A stretch of DNA of 64,000 bases from Chrysomallon squamiferum (GCA_012295275.1 CM022679.1:29078001-29142000); one strand, 5' to 3'. Shown: positions 14,396 to 30,593, counted from the stretch's first letter. Numbers and translations: made by a program. Notes: generated by a model from the letters alone, not told the origin.

Positions 14396-15858
14396 ACAGA
14401 CGCAGAGAGAACATATCAGTAGTAGCAGTAATAATAGTAGTACTAGTATAGTAGTAGTAATAGTAGCAGTAGTAGAACATATTGTAGCAGCAGTAGTAGT
14501 AGCAGTAGTAGTAGTAGCAGTAGCAGTAGCAGTAGTAGTAGTAGTAGCAGCAGCAGCAGTAGTTGTAATAACAGCAATAACAGATTCCGCTGTTATTATT
14601 ATGTTCGTGTTTTAGATACATTTTCCGCAACTCCGTCATTTTAATTCAGTTTATCTCCTTTGGACAAAAACCGTATTCAAACACGCAAAGTTATTGTCGC
14701 AGCTTTCAGTCAGTTTAAAACAAAATATAACTGTGAAATAAATTATTGTTAAAATAAGAAACACAGAGTTTAATAACGAAGCTTGTGTTAATAATAAATG
14801 ACCATATATTACAGCCACGCGTGTTGGCTGCAGACATTCAGGTTTATAAACAATTATGCAAACACGTAAGGACAAACAAATTATCGGGAAATGTTTGGAA
14901 TTGCCAGTCTGCCTGGTTCTAAATTAGACACGACGCCTTAAGTTTACCAAAGTAGTACAAATAGCTGCCTTTACAATCGCTCCAGTTCTTTACAAGCAAA
15001 GACTGGATGTTTGGAGTAAAATAAATTATGAATTAGATGTATAGAAAATATATATAGTTTATTTAAAAAAAAAAAAAAATAATAATAATAAAATAATATA
15101 TATATATATTTTGCTTCCAAAACAAGAAAACAATTAAAAATATTGACAATACTATATACGAAATGAATGGATTTTATTTTCAGAACAGCCTCTGGTACAT
15201 TTTAACGAGTAACAGTTAAAACTGCTATTTAAAGTATTTAGTGTATTTGTTCATGCAGCCGCAGTTTATTTAACAACTCAACAAGTAAGTCCACAGCATT
15301 TATTTAAATTGTGTACACGCACGTCATATGTGCGTGCAACAAAACTGCGTTATCTAACTGCATGACCTGTGTAAATCATGTATGAAAATCTTTAGGGCAG
15401 TGCCTCAGAGACTTAAAGGGTGGGGAGAGAGGGGCGGGGTCAACACCCTCGCCCGCGCCTCGGTCCGGTACGAAAACACAGTCTGAAAGTAGCACAGGAA
15501 AACCAGCACAAAAGACTTATCTTCAACAACAATCTAATTTCGTTTCGAATAGCATATTATTTTACCTTCTTCTTTTGTAAAAGTAACCACTGGCATGAAA
15601 TGTTCTGTCTTTATATAACACATTATCCACGATTTGCAAAATTACTGGTTTGCCGTCGACGTACAAAAAGCTATTGGTGAAAAAAAAAAAAAAAAATAAA
15701 GAAAAAGGAATGAAAAAAAAAAAAAAGAAAGAAAACGGAAAAGAAAAGAAAAGAAAATCCACATCGTTTTTCACGGCGACAGGCCGATTTGAAAAGCTTT
15801 TAGCGTCGCGTAGCCTCTTTAAAAACTGGCGCCACAGCTGGTGGCCGGCTACCCGAGA

Positions 15859-15877
15859 CTGCCGCTAGGGGGCGCCC
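15859..15877 (+). promoter_or_regulatory. CTCF-like binding motif
   Basis: CTGCCGCTAGGGGGCGCCC closely matches the bilaterian CTCF core (CCRCYAGRKGGCR), inside a CpG-rich island. Confidence 0.5.
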
Positions 15878-16744
15878 CGGGTGGCCGCAACAATAAAACT
15901 GTACTGCAGCCGACTGATAACAGAACGCGCCGCGCTTTGAGGTCTCTTTGCCGCGCTTTGAGTGGATCGCGCTGACGTGTCAACTTGATGGCAACCCGCG
16001 CACCTTCGACATTTTTTTTTTTTTTTTTTTTTTTTTAATTCTTCGTTCTCTCCCAGCCGCACCCTGACGTTACCCAATTGTGTTGAAATTGGCATATGTC
16101 CATAAGGTTTGTAGCATAATAACCGCGGTTTGAAATGTTGTGAATCGAAGGCAGAGGGCTGTGAAAATGCGGTGTGTTTTGTGTATGTGTCTCTCTCTCT
16201 CTTTTTTATGCGACGAGGCTACATTTGCCTTGAGGGAGTTTTTAAGTTTTCTGTAGATTTTTTTGTTTGTCTGGATTTTTAATTTTTTTTTTTTTTTTTT
16301 TTACAGAAAACTACGTATCGAGGGATTAAAGAGTTTTTGTACAAAAGTAAACAAATATCAAATTAACAGAAACCTCAGAGTGCAGATGTTTGCTAATGTG
16401 TGTGTGTCTGTGTCTGTGTGTGTTTGTGAGTATGAGTGTGTGTTTGTGTTTGTGTGAGGATGTGTGTGTGTATGTGTGTTTGTGTGTGTGTTTGTATATG
16501 TGTGTATATTTGTGTGTGTTTGTATATGTGTGTGTTTTTGTGTGTGTTTGTATATGTGTGTTTGTATGTGTGTGTGTATTTGTGTGTATATTTGTGTATG
16601 TGTGTGTGTTTGTATGTGTGTATATTTGTGTGTGTTTGTGTGTGTGTGTGTGTTTTGTATGTGTGTGTGCGAGCGTATGTGTGTATTTCTGTTAATCAAC
16701 AGTTAAAATTTATTTTATTTTGTTTATGAATCTTTCAAAATTTT

Positions 16745-16801
<57 letters not shown>

Positions 16802-16951
16802 AATACAGTCGCAGAGAATACACAGTAGTAGAAGAAGTAGCATAGTAACAGTAATAGTTGTAGTAGTAGTAGTAGTAGTAATTATATGTTTGTGTGTATG
16901 TACGTATGTTTGTGTATTTGTATGTATGCAAGCTGGTTTCACTGTGCCACT

Positions 16952-17026
<75 letters not shown>

Positions 17027-17385
17027 AAAAATATAGCAAAGATATATAAATAAATAAATAAGTAAATAAGTAAGTAAGTAAATAAATAAGTAAATAAGGT
17101 GTGACACGGCTGATCGCTCATGACAAACATTTCAGCTGGTGTAAGCGACCGCGTTACTGACTGAATCCGAACTGCTTGTCAGCCGAAAAGAAAAGAAACG
17201 AAAGAAAAAACACAAATAACTGCCTTCAAAACAGTCTTAAATGGAAAAAAAAAAAAAAAAAAAAAAACTTTTACGATATTAAACCCTTTTTATCTTTCAG
17301 TGTCGCGACAGACCTAACACGTCGGCCGATTTTAAAATTTTGATTTTTGCACATTTTTATTTTCCATTTATTTCTTCTTCTTAAA

Positions 17386-17416
<31 letters not shown>

Positions 17417-18069
17417 TCAAAAAGAAAAAAGAAAAGAAGAAAATTTTATTTTTTTATTTTTTTTACGCTCTCTTTCTTTCACTTAGCTGCCTCGTATTTC
17501 TGAAGCAGACGTGTTGTCTTCGTCTAACAGTACACCTAACATTAAGTCTCATCCCACGTCTCTTTCCCGCTCATTTTCTCAGTAATAAACATCTCGCGCA
17601 GCACCAGTCGAGTCTTCCTGGTCTCGCGCTAACAAACACCGTTCATTAGCCGCGCCGGCACCATAACAACCCGCCACGAGTCTGCTGCACTAGCGAGCCA
17701 TAAACGATCGCCAATCATAAAACTGCCCTCCGCGCCTTCAAAACGATCTGCAATTTCATATTGAACGATTCGCCAGATCCCCGCGGCCTGCGGCAGATCG
17801 CGCGCGGCTTTCCCCGGAACGCACAAAACACCATTAACGCGAAGCCAATCCATCAGCCGACTACTCCGTGCAATTTCCCGCTATTTTTCCCTCCGCCCGC
17901 CCGTGCCAATCATGACGTAAAAGCTCAGCGCGCGCGGACGATCGACCGCTTTCTCGATGCTTTGCTGCGCCCTTTTGTTCGTTTCCTGCGAGCGGAGGCG
18001 CTCTGCTATGAATCACCTGCAGCCAAATAACACGTATGGCTTCGCTTGCGTTGTGATTATATTCTCGTC

Positions 18070-18100
<31 letters not shown>

Positions 18101-18409
18101 CAAATGTCGTTGTGGGTTGGTAGAGGACGTAGTGAAGCGAAAGCTGAGCATGCAAATGGTATCGATCCGACATAAGAAATTTTAAACTTGGTTGATGGAT
18201 GTCTGAAAAAAGAGAGAGAGAAAAAAAAAAAAGAAAGAAAGATTCTGCGTGATATTTTTCGTTTTTCCATGGTGCTTTCCTTCTTAACTTCATTCCTGAA
18301 TCTGTAGTGGTTTTCTAATACTATTAACTTTTTCTTTCTTGTTTCTCCTTGTCTTGTAATTCATTATTTCTTTACGTTTTTACTGTAGGAATCATTTGTA
18401 GAAATGCCC

Positions 18410-18499
<90 letters not shown>

Positions 18500-18915
18500 G
18501 TATAATATTACCATATCTATCCTCGATTTGGCGAAGTCATTTCACCAATAAATAAGGAAAAATAAATACATTTTAAAACCTCGTTTTACAGTCACCTTCC
18601 CACATTGCACCACTGAACCTCAAAACCTAATTGTCGCATGCTACCTCATGCGTTGATCTGTTAATTTGAAATCTTACTTGTAAGATCGCCGCAGAATTTC
18701 GCCTGTTTAGGAAAACATCTATCTGGATTGTCAACCGCTTCCACCATTTGACGAAAACTTATCGCTTTATTCCCTGGAAATCCTTCCACCTCCTTTACTG
18801 GGAACGGAAATTAGATAAGTTTTGCATATTCATGAGAAGCCGCCAGGAGATGAGAAAGAAATACATGAGTTAACTTCACCAAATTGATTACTGATATGAT
18901 TACGTCACATCGTGT

Positions 18916-19012
<97 letters not shown>

Positions 19013-20140
19013 GTCTATCTTTCTTTTTCTCTTCTCTCTCGCTCTTACTCTGTTTTGTCTCCAGTTTTGTCCTCTCTCTCTCGTTTATTATGTTTCTTTC
19101 TTCTTTCTATCCATATTCTCCTAATCTTGATTTTTATTCGTTCTCATTATTTTTATTTGTATTTCCTTCTCTCATTTTATTTCTTTAGAACCACGAGTAG
19201 AATTTTTTTTCTTTACATTTATGTATGTTAATACAAATAAATATCTGCACTTTTTGTTTATGCACACGTACACAAATCATTGCAATTATCATTAACGTAT
19301 CTATCTCATCATCATCTTAATCATCACATATCGTCATCATTACCTTCAACATTATCATCTCAAAATCATCATCATCATCATTACATCATCTCGTCCATCT
19401 TTAACATCATTACCGTCATAAAAACAACAATATCTTTATTATCATCATCTTCAAACAGAACCGCCGTCTACTTACTGTATTTAAATATTTCACACTGATG
19501 TGTTTTTTTTCTGTTCTCTGGTTCAGCGGTTGGGCGAGCGGGCGAGCGAGGTAGTTGAAAGTCGATTTTTGGAGAAATGGCCCGCGGAGGCTTCGCGTCG
19601 TAATTGGATCGCTGCAGTTAGCGCGGACCAAAGTAAGCCGGGATACTTAGCACTGGATTAGTGTCCGCTCAGTGACGTCGAGCAGCACAGCGTGAACAGA
19701 GGGGACGGTGTACACAGACACACCAGGGAGAAATCTCAACACACGCACACACACTGACACACATACATACACATATATACACACACAGACACACACACAC
19801 ATACTGACACACACACAGACACACACACACACACTGACACACACACAGACACATATACACATACACACAACCACACACACACATACACATTCACACACAC
19901 TGACACACATACACCATACACACATCACATTTCATATACTCATACAAACACACAAACACAAACACACACATCACATACACAAACACAAACACACACATCA
20001 CATACACACACACACATTCTCACAAAAGATAAACAATCTAGCAATCTCACATTTATTTACATACACAATAACACTATATAAAAAAAATCCCATCACAGCC
20101 AGAAAGCAAAATATTTACATATAAAACAATAATAAAAACC

Positions 20141-20405
20141 ACACACTCACCTCAAAACAGACACACTCACCCCAAAACAGACACACTCACCTCAAAACAG
20201 ACACATTCACCCCAAAACAGAAACATTCACCCCAAAACAGACATAACCACCTCAAAAGAGACACACTCACGCAAAACAGACATATTCACCCCAAAACAGA
20301 CACAATCACCCCAAAACAGACACACTCACGCCAAAACAGACACATTCACCCAAAAGACACACTCATCCCAAACAGGCACAGTCACCCCAAAACAGACACA
20401 CTCAC
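20141..20405. repeat. 20 bp minisatellite, ~13 copies (CACACTCACCCCAAAACAGA)
   Basis: Directly visible tandem units. Confidence 0.9.
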
Positions 20406-20945
20406 GAACCTATGTACCTTCTGACTACCTACCTGCCTACGTGCAAACACTCACACAGACACACACACATTCACACTTACATACGCAAACACACAAACAC
20501 ACATAAACACTTTAAACACGTAAAACTACGTACAAAGATACGCACCCTACACGCACACAACATAACTGTAATTACACACACCACGCTGTCGTCGTAAAGA
20601 ATAATGAATCTGCTGCTGCTGTTGTAGCGTGACGCGGTCGCAGACATCGACGCGCGGGGGAACGCTGACTGTTACGTGCGGCTATTACAAACCTCGCGGG
20701 AAACTGCGGGATCGATAAGGGTCACAGCTGAGACAGAACTTGATAATGGCCGCCCGATTAGCCTCGCTGTGTCCACCATCAGCGAGACAGCGCGCGAGGT
20801 AAACCCGCGGAGAGAAACCTCCGTCGATAGCCCGCCTCGTGTCCGCGGTCACGTGACAGAGCGGCTTTGTTGATCGAATGAACCAATCTAGATTTGGACG
20901 TAATCTCTCTTTCTCTCCGTCTCTCTCTCTCGCCATCACTGTTTC

Positions 20946-21014
<69 letters not shown>

Positions 21015-21089
21015 GTATGTTTCTATATATCACTTTTCTCTCTGTCTTCTCTTCTGTTCTGTTCTCCCTGCTCTCTCTCTCTCCATCAC

Positions 21090-21165
<76 letters not shown>

Positions 21166-22735
21166 CTCTCTCATATTGTTTATCTATTGTTTTTCCTTAA
21201 ATCTTCTTCTTTGTCATTATTTCTTTTTCGTCAATTTAAAATTTTATCTCTTATTATTATTCTTTATTCTTCAATTTGAAAATATTAAAAATACACCTAT
21301 ATATAAATATATAAGTCAATGTCTGACCCCATGTTAGCTGTGCTTGAATCTCTGAAAACGAACATAATTATGTAGAACGTTGATATATATGACGTAATTA
21401 ATATTATACCTGGTTGAGATATTTAGCGTGTAATTCTTTCTTGTATTAAAAAAAAATATAAAACACACTAACTGAAATCGGCGGATCCTCCGCGGAGATT
21501 CGAACTTGCGACTCACTGCAGCATCTTCCTAAAGCGTTCTTGCTCTGTTCGAAGAGAAGTTAAATAAAGTTAGAATGTTCTAATACAATTATAGCCACCG
21601 TGAATTACACACAACGGAAAATACTAAACAAAATTTATATTTAGACTCTTTCCTCAGAAAGCAATAAGACTGAAAAACAACGACGCCAGCATAATGATAT
21701 CCAGGAAAAGGGAGAAAAACGAGAAAAGATGAAAAAAAAAAAAAAAAAAAAAAAAAAGGAAGAAAAAAAAAAAAAAAAGAAGAAGAAGAAAGAAAGAAAG
21801 AAAAAGGAAAGAATTGCTCATTACCACTCCGGCACGGCGATTTCGCGGACGCCATATTAAAACTCCCTGGCGGGTATTTTCGCTGACGTCACGTCCGCTG
21901 GCAGCAGGATTCTCGCGGATCGTCAATAATGGATAGGCAGATTAAGCGGCAAGTCCCTGGAAACGAACGAAGCGCAGAATAAAGCCTTCTGATGAATTGT
22001 GGCTCCAGGCGGTGCGTGAAGTGTTAATATGACGACGGAAAAATTGCATTACGGCCGACAACAATGGAAGTAAACTAGCCTCGCCAAGACCGGTCGATTT
22101 TTGAGGCTTAATGCAGTTTTGTCTTGTTCGTGCGTTCGTATATTACAACAAAACCGATATATATATGTATATATATATATATGTATTATAGACCAGTGTA
22201 TGTGGGTGTGCACTGGGTATCACGTTATGTGTACGGGGGTGGGGTCGTGTGGATGTTTGGGTGGAGGTGTGGATATGCTTTTTATATTGTTCACTGGAAA
22301 GAAAAAAAACCCCACAATAATAAAAGCAAAATATTAGTTGTTTTCATCGTTAGTAAATAAATAAATAACAATATATGTATTGTCTTTGATGTGTGTTTGT
22401 GTGTATGTATGTGTACACACACACACACAAACATATATCATATTGAAAAAACAACGATAATGACACTGGTGTAGACATATACTGATGGATGAAATGTCTG
22501 CAGATCAAGACCATTATAACATGTACCTATATAATTTAGTTACGCAATTAAATAATGTCAGGGAGTTTAAAAATATGAAACCAAAATAACATAAAAAATA
22601 TAAAAAAATCAGTTACAGTCATGCGATCCTTTTTGACTGAACATTCGTTATTTATTATTATTATTGTTGTTGTTGTTGTTGTTGTAATATCAGTATAATA
22701 ATAACAGAATTATCAGTTGTTTAGAGGAGAGAGAA

Positions 22736-22823
<88 letters not shown>

Positions 22824-23257
22824 AGATTACATGCAGTATTTAAAATTAAAACTAAAATACAAGAGTGTACCCAGTCTAGTGTGTTTTAAAACTGTCACGC
22901 GAGGACCTCTCTGTAAGCTCGGCTGGGTTCGCGCCTGTTGTGAAATACGAGGAAACGTTCGATATCGTGTTGAACTCGGCTGAGCGCGGTATCGGCTAAT
23001 CGCCGTCACATAATGGATTATTTTTACTTCTCCGTCGTCTCGACTAGCCTTTCCTTTTCAATTTGTTTCCGAGTTTCCTACCCAGCCTCGGTTCACCGCC
23101 ATTGACCTGGACAGGATATTTCAGCGCCTCATTCGCAGTTTGGATCTCTAATATCGACACGTAATTACACTCCGCGTTTTCATGCCCTTTTCTTTCTTTC
23201 TCTCTCGCTCTTATTGTTAATATGTCTGGGTGTATGTAAATGTGTTAGTATCTGCGT

Positions 23258-23373
<116 letters not shown>

Positions 23374-23614
23374 TGTGTACAGTCACTGATGGATCTCAGA
23401 TGTTCTGTATTACTTATATTTTATATCGCTGTCTGATGTGAGACGCAGTTACTAGCTGTCAGTTTCTTTTAAAGATGTTTTTTATTTTTTATTACTGACA
23501 TCGTATTTTTTTATCATGTTTTTATGAAGCAAAATAATAAAAATAATGATAATAACAACGATTTTAAAGTAATAAAAATACCAACAATAATACTAAAATA
23601 ATATAAAACCAGTG

Positions 23615-23646
<32 letters not shown>

Positions 23647-23721
23647 AAAAATAATGAAAATAATAATAATCCACACGTAACTGCTGATTGAATATTTAGT
23701 TTTTTTTCAAATCTCTGTTTT

Positions 23722-23802
<81 letters not shown>

Positions 23803-25234
23803 TATTTAGACACACAAACACACATGCACAAAGAATGCAAACTCAGTTCAGGTACAAACAGAAACTCAGACATTTGTGAATTTTTCACGGAATTGCACCA
23901 CGACTTTGAAAACTTTTGAATCTAGAAATGCTGAGACACCGAGCCCCACGTCTATTTACAACGTTAATTTTAAAATGACAGAGCAGTTTATCTTGTTTAT
24001 TTAATCAAAATCCTAAACTGTGAAACTTAATCCGCCATCTCCCTCAAAATTACATGGTACGTCCCTGGTAACAAATCGCCCAGGGCGGATCTTTTGAAAG
24101 GTGTCGTCCTCGCATTCATATCCGGCTTTTTGCTGTTCGGATGTGATGGATTTGTCTTTTGTTGTATCTTCCATCCCCTTTGTAGCCAGTCTCAGTTACG
24201 AAAGCCAAAAGAAAAAAAAAAAAATAAAATAAAAGAATAAAAGAGAGAGAGAGAAATAAAAGCAAATGAAAAGAAAGAAAAGGTAATAATAATAATAACA
24301 AAAATTAATAATAAATAAATAAATAAATAAATAATATATAAAACAGATCAAAACAAAAAAAAAAAAAAAAAAAAAACGCAAAAAAAAAAGAAGAAAGAAA
24401 AAAAGAAAAAACTAACAAAAATAGATAATAATAATAAAAATAAATACATAAATTTTTAAAATTAAAATTTTTAGAAATAAAAAAAAGTAATAATAAATTG
24501 TACGAAGAGAAATGATAATAATAAAAAGCCTTCCCTCTGTGGCGCGGTGTAAATATACTAGTCTGCAGTTCGCTCTGATTTGCGCGCACTATTTGATTTC
24601 ACCGAGTCAACACCGCTCCTGAAACCTCTGGCCCTTTTGTGTACACAGAGCGCGCGCAATAATACATTCGCCCTGAAATTTAATATCGACGCCTTCTGAA
24701 GAATAACTGAGATATTCTCCGTGCTTCAGTCTACGCGGAGCCTCGCCTTCTTGCGGTCTCGTGCCTCTGAACTAATTATCTGTCGCATGCACGCGCTAAC
24801 TCATTACTCAGTTGGCCCGTTTTATCTGAACGAATTTATTAATCTGATCAGACAGCTTGGCAAGAAAAGCCCGCCGCAATCGGCTTAGCTCGGAGCGCGG
24901 CAGACTGCGAGCACGACGTCTTGGTTGCACGCCACGACGTGCCGCAGTTTTCTGGAAAATGTAAACCAGAACACGAAGCTGTCAGAGTCGTCTGCGCTGA
25001 CGTCTTCGCAATTCTACAACAACCATCTCTGCATTCTAAATAGTTTCAGTTTATAATTCCTCAATAACAACAACTCGGTTGCTACTGTTACAACAACTCA
25101 ACTACAACAGCTACTGCTGCTGCAACAATAACATATTAATACCACTGCTGAAGCATCTACAACAACAGCAACGACTGCTTCTGCTTCCATTACTGCTATT
25201 GTTACTGCTGAAGCTGCATCAACAGCTATTACTT

Positions 25235-25283
<49 letters not shown>

Positions 25284-26432
25284 AATTACCAGTGACACCA
25301 ACAGCAATGTGTACTGTAACAGCTGTTGCTTTTACTACTGCTTACAACTGCTACTATTATCACCAACAACAGCAACAGCAACAACGAAAGTAGCTAGTTA
25401 TTACTACTCATTTTCGAAGCAATACAAGTTTATTTCCATTGACATAAACGAAGAGAACAGACTGCTGAACTACAAATAAACAATATGATATGGTATAAAA
25501 ATAATACAATACAATACAATACAATACAAGATAATATAATGCTATACAACCCAGAACAATATAAGAACGCAGAAAAAACATAATAACATAAGAAAAATAT
25601 TTTAAAACATATTATAAAAATAAATATATAAATATTATAGTTTATCGCCTGTGTTTGTTCAGGTTAAGCAGACAATGGAATACACGTGGTTACCTTAGCG
25701 CACTAAACGTAATTACATAAGAAAAAACCCATGAAATATATTTGTAATAGTTGAAAAGACATGAAAAATACACCATATGTCACAAAAAATTACAGTTTAC
25801 TTGAAAAGTGGGGGAAAAAATAAATTAATGTTGTTTGATAAAGGTTTTCAAACAAGCTGTTACCTTTCCATTTTTATCTTCCTTCGCACAACAGTAACAA
25901 CAGCAGCAGCACCATCATCATCGACAACAAAACATATCACCAACCATAACATCAACAGTGATAATAACATTATCAACAACAGCGCCCACAACAACAATGA
26001 TACAACAACGGCAAAAAAAAATCATCATTACCAACGACAATAATTACAAAATGAACAACACAAAAGCAGCAGCAACAACAACAATCGAAACGCCTAAGAA
26101 TTTAAAAAATGTTCCGTTTATTTTTCTTCTTCTCACTCATCATCATCATTATCATCATCTCCGTCTTCTTATTATTATTAGACTGAAGAAGAAGAACGTT
26201 ATGACGATGATGACGATGCTGATGCAGATGATGAAATAAGAACAACGTTTTAAAATAAAAGCAATCGGTTATTTCGTTTCTGCTGTAAACTTGCGGTTAG
26301 TAGAACTGACTGTATATCGTTATTGATCACGAACTGCCGCAAAGAACAACAACAAATAAAAAAAAAAAAAAAAAAGTAAAATAAAATAAAATAACCCACA
26401 AAAACAACAACAACAAACTAAACAACTAAAAA

Positions 26433-26464
<32 letters not shown>

Positions 26465-26839
26465 AGAAATAAAAAAAAAAAAAAAAAAAAAAAAGAAAGA
26501 AAAAAAAGAAATGGCGTAACACGCGAGTGAAGCATTAAGGCGACTGCTATTAAACAGCCCGCTGCCAATAATTTTGTAATCTTTATCGCTCTCTTCCTAT
26601 ACAATAAAAGCTCGGTCGATCTCGCAGATTACGAGATCTCGTCATGCACGAGTTGAAACGAAAGCGGTTATTGCGCGGGGCGACGTTACGTCAACAAGAC
26701 GCGATCACGAGAGGACTGGCGCGCCACCTCGTGCACACGACACTTCATTTTATGCGTCTGAGCACGAACTTGTAATAGGCTCTGCTGGACGCTCTCGGGG
26801 TTGTAAGATCGATACCCCTTAATGGAGTCATTATTATTG

Positions 26840-26892
<53 letters not shown>

Positions 26893-26983
26893 GAGTAGTA
26901 TTTTTTCATTTTCATTTTTTTTTATTATATGCATATTATTTTAAAAGTTTATTATTAGTGCTGTTGTTGTTGTAGTAGTAGTA

Positions 26984-27031
<48 letters not shown>

Positions 27032-27120
27032 GAGTAGTATTTTTAAATTTGTTATTATATGCATTATTATTTTAAAACTATTGTTAGTGTTATTGTTGCT
27101 CTTGTTGTTATTATTATTAT

Positions 27121-27680
27121 TAGTAGTAGTAGTAGTAGTACTAGCAGTAGTAGTTGAAGTAATAGTTCTGTATTACTCAATAGTAGTTGTTATTATTATT
27201 GTATTGTTATTATTTTATTAACAGTAGTAGTAATGTAGTAGTATAGTAATAGTAGTGTAGTAGTAGTAGTATAGTAGTAGTAGTAGTAGTATAGGTGTAG
27301 TAGTGTAGTAGTGGTAGTGTAGTAGTAGTAGTAGGAGTCGTGTAGTAGTAGTAGTATAATAGTGTAGTAGTGTAGTAGTAGTATACTTTTGTAATAGTGT
27401 AGTAGTAGTAGTAGTGTAGTAGTGTAGTAGTAGTATAATTTTGTAATAGTGTAGTAGTAGTAGTAGTATAATAGTGTATTAGTGTAGTAGTAGTAGTAGT
27501 AGTACTAGCAGTAGTAGTTGAAGTAATAGTTCTGTATTACTCAATAGTAGTTGTTATTGTTATTATTTTTATTAATAGTAGTAGTAGTAATGTAGTAGTT
27601 GTATAGTAGTAGTAGTAGTGTAGTAGTAGTAGTAGTATAGGTGTAGTAGTGTAGTAGTAGTAGTGGTAGTGTAGTAGAAC
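27121..27680. repeat. (GTA)n/(GTGTA) low-complexity tract with an internal ~60 bp duplication
   Basis: GTACTAGCAGTAGTAGTTGAAGTAATAGTTCTGTATTACTCAATAGTAGTTGTTATT occurs at ~27138 and ~27502. Confidence 0.85.
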
Positions 27681-28466
27681 TATTGTTGCTATTCTGTTGT
27701 TAATTTTTGACCTTTTCCCCCACGTGTTCATCTCTTCAACTCCAGAGCAAAGAGTTAACTAGTGACTCTGTACTCCCTCCCAGCCAGCCGCACGTGGCCT
27801 TAACCGTGCGATATCATGACGTAATATAACACAACATGACGTAATATAACACAGCATGACGTAGTATCATAACATAGCAAAACACAACATAAAATAACAT
27901 AGCATCTTCAATATAATATAATATAATATAATACAATACAACTAACGTAACGTAATGTAAAGTAACGCAACGTAAAGTAACGTAATGTAATAAATGTAGA
28001 TGTGTAAAATACCACACTATACAATCAGACAGTGCTGGAGATCTGGGATGGGAAAGGTTTTTAAATTGTATTCAGTGAACACTGCAATAAGCGACGTCTT
28101 CGTTGATGTCTGCTATTATACAGGGTGTGGGTGGTCTGTTTTAGAAACCAGTAAAGTCCAGTATCACACAGGGACAGCGTTACGCTCCAGGAATAGACGT
28201 AGTCCGTCTATGACGTCAACAGTGGCGTCTGCCGCACTGTGTTATTATCATCATCATCATGGGCGGGTCTAGGGGGTCTCCTTCTTTTATCCGGTCCAAA
28301 TTGTTTAAGTTTAAATTTTCTTTCTTTTCTTATTAATGACACACACACACACACACACACACACAACGATAATAATTAAATCTTGACAATTTTCGTGATA
28401 ATTATGGTATACCCTCTTTGTGAAATTCTGGATATGGCCCTAATTATGATAAAAAAAAAAAAAAAA

Positions 28467-28508
<42 letters not shown>

Positions 28509-28855
28509 AATATATAAATAAATAAATAAAGAAGAAGAAAAACAAAAGTAGTTATTTGCGTAAATGAAGGTTTTAAGGTATAGGATTAAAAGACTGGCTG
28601 ATTTAAAAGATAAATACCTTCTGATGTGCCTCTTGTGTTAGTTATCTGTACTTCAGAAAGCTTCACGATGATTTGCACGATTTGTCCCTGCATCTGCTAC
28701 TTCTTCTGACTTCTCAAAAAAGAAATAAAGGCAGAAGAAGAAAAAAAAAAAAAACAGAAAGAAGGAAAAAGGCCGTATTATGCAGTCATAAATTTAGCCT
28801 GACGTGTCATATATAACTACTACGTATCGGCGTTATCGAAATATATCGTCTGCTC

Positions 28856-28897
<42 letters not shown>

Positions 28898-29855
28898 CGG
28901 CGGCGGACTTAGTGAAATAAACACCTACGCAACACGCGACAGCAGACGGCAATAAACCGGCTGGTTCTTTCAACAAACAAAATCTTGCCTGCTACGTGCT
29001 TTACCTTCGTCTATCGGCGCGCGGTTTGTTGGTGTTAAGGGCGACACCTCGTAGCAGACGATAGTATCTCGCTCTCGGAACGAGGAACAGATTTCAGCTC
29101 CGGGCCCGTAAAGCCGAGGCGCAACTGGCTCGGTAATTGACATCTGGGGAAAATTATATCGCACGTTCGGTTGATTACGCTATGGCAAAAATGCTTGAAT
29201 TCTTTTGAGTGTATAATTTACTGTGAAGCAGTTTGGGCGAATCGTTGGATGAGATGGTGCGATAGTGGCGAGCGAACGCTGCACGTAGCGCAGTGACGCG
29301 CTTCTTTCTGAGGGCTGAACACACGTGTTTTCGTGATTTATCTAATTTCGGTCTGTGGCTGGCGGCTTTTTTTTTCTTTCTTTCTTTCTTTCTTTCTTCT
29401 TATACAGTTTTTTTTTTTTTTTTTTTTTGCGTTTCTGAAATGTCCTTTAAGTGTCAAGTCTTAACATGTGGACACATCTGAACAAACACAGAGTCAAATT
29501 AAAAACACAATAAATAAAAACAAGTCCTGAAGAAACGGAGAGACAGAAAAAAAAAAAAAAAAAAGGAAGAAAAGGAAAACACAAGCATGAAAAAACAAAG
29601 ATGGCCACCAAGTACAGTTCGCGGTTTTACCTCTCGTTATTTAAAATCCCCGGGATACGATCTTAAAGTTGTACGTAAGCTAGACGCGAAACTGTAGTTA
29701 ACACCAGAACATTTTTAATATGTTATTAATGACTTAATATCAACCATCTCGGACCAGTTAGTAAGAACTAAATTAAAAAGAAATTATTATACAGTAAAAT
29801 ACAGCACATTAACAAGAACATTTAAAAAAAAAAGACTTGAATACGTAATTAATGC

Positions 29856-29912
29856 TTTATTTTATTTGTCTATGAATCTCTTTCTCCATCAGGCTCAGTT
29901 TCATTCTCTCTC
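29856..29912 (+). repeat. dispersed ~55 bp repeat flanking (CT)n; identical copy at 14254-14310
   Basis: Sequence identity with the 14254 copy. Confidence 0.9.
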
Positions 29913-29928
29913 TGTCTGTCTATCTCTC

Positions 29929-30059
<131 letters not shown>

Positions 30060-30363
30060 AACAAAACTTACAGGAAACAGGAAAGGTTTAAATACAGTAC
30101 AGTACGTTATTAATATTTTATGATCTGTAGCTTATTCGCATGTACCAGTATTCGTAACCCGAGGAGAGTATGTAGCAAGGAGCTGGTCTAACTACAGGCA
30201 GAGTTAAAACAAACTATTACATGCGCTGTTCCTTCTGCTTACGTCGTCTGGCAAATGATAACATATGGCGATGGTTTGCTTTGAACACAGTTGTCTTAGG
30301 TTTTCTTATGTACATGTCTGGTGCATAGAGTAGCTAGCTATACATGATTACGTTTACACACTT

Positions 30364-30396
<33 letters not shown>

Positions 30397-30544
30397 AATA
30401 CGTGTGTGTGTGTAACGATTAATACATAATACTGAGTTATCGAAAAAAAAAATAATAAACAAACAAACAAACAAACATTCACCTTAACGAGGAAATTAAG
30501 AGCAACAACCGCATAAACCAGCTAAAAAAAAAAAATAATAATAA

Positions 30545-30593
<49 letters not shown>

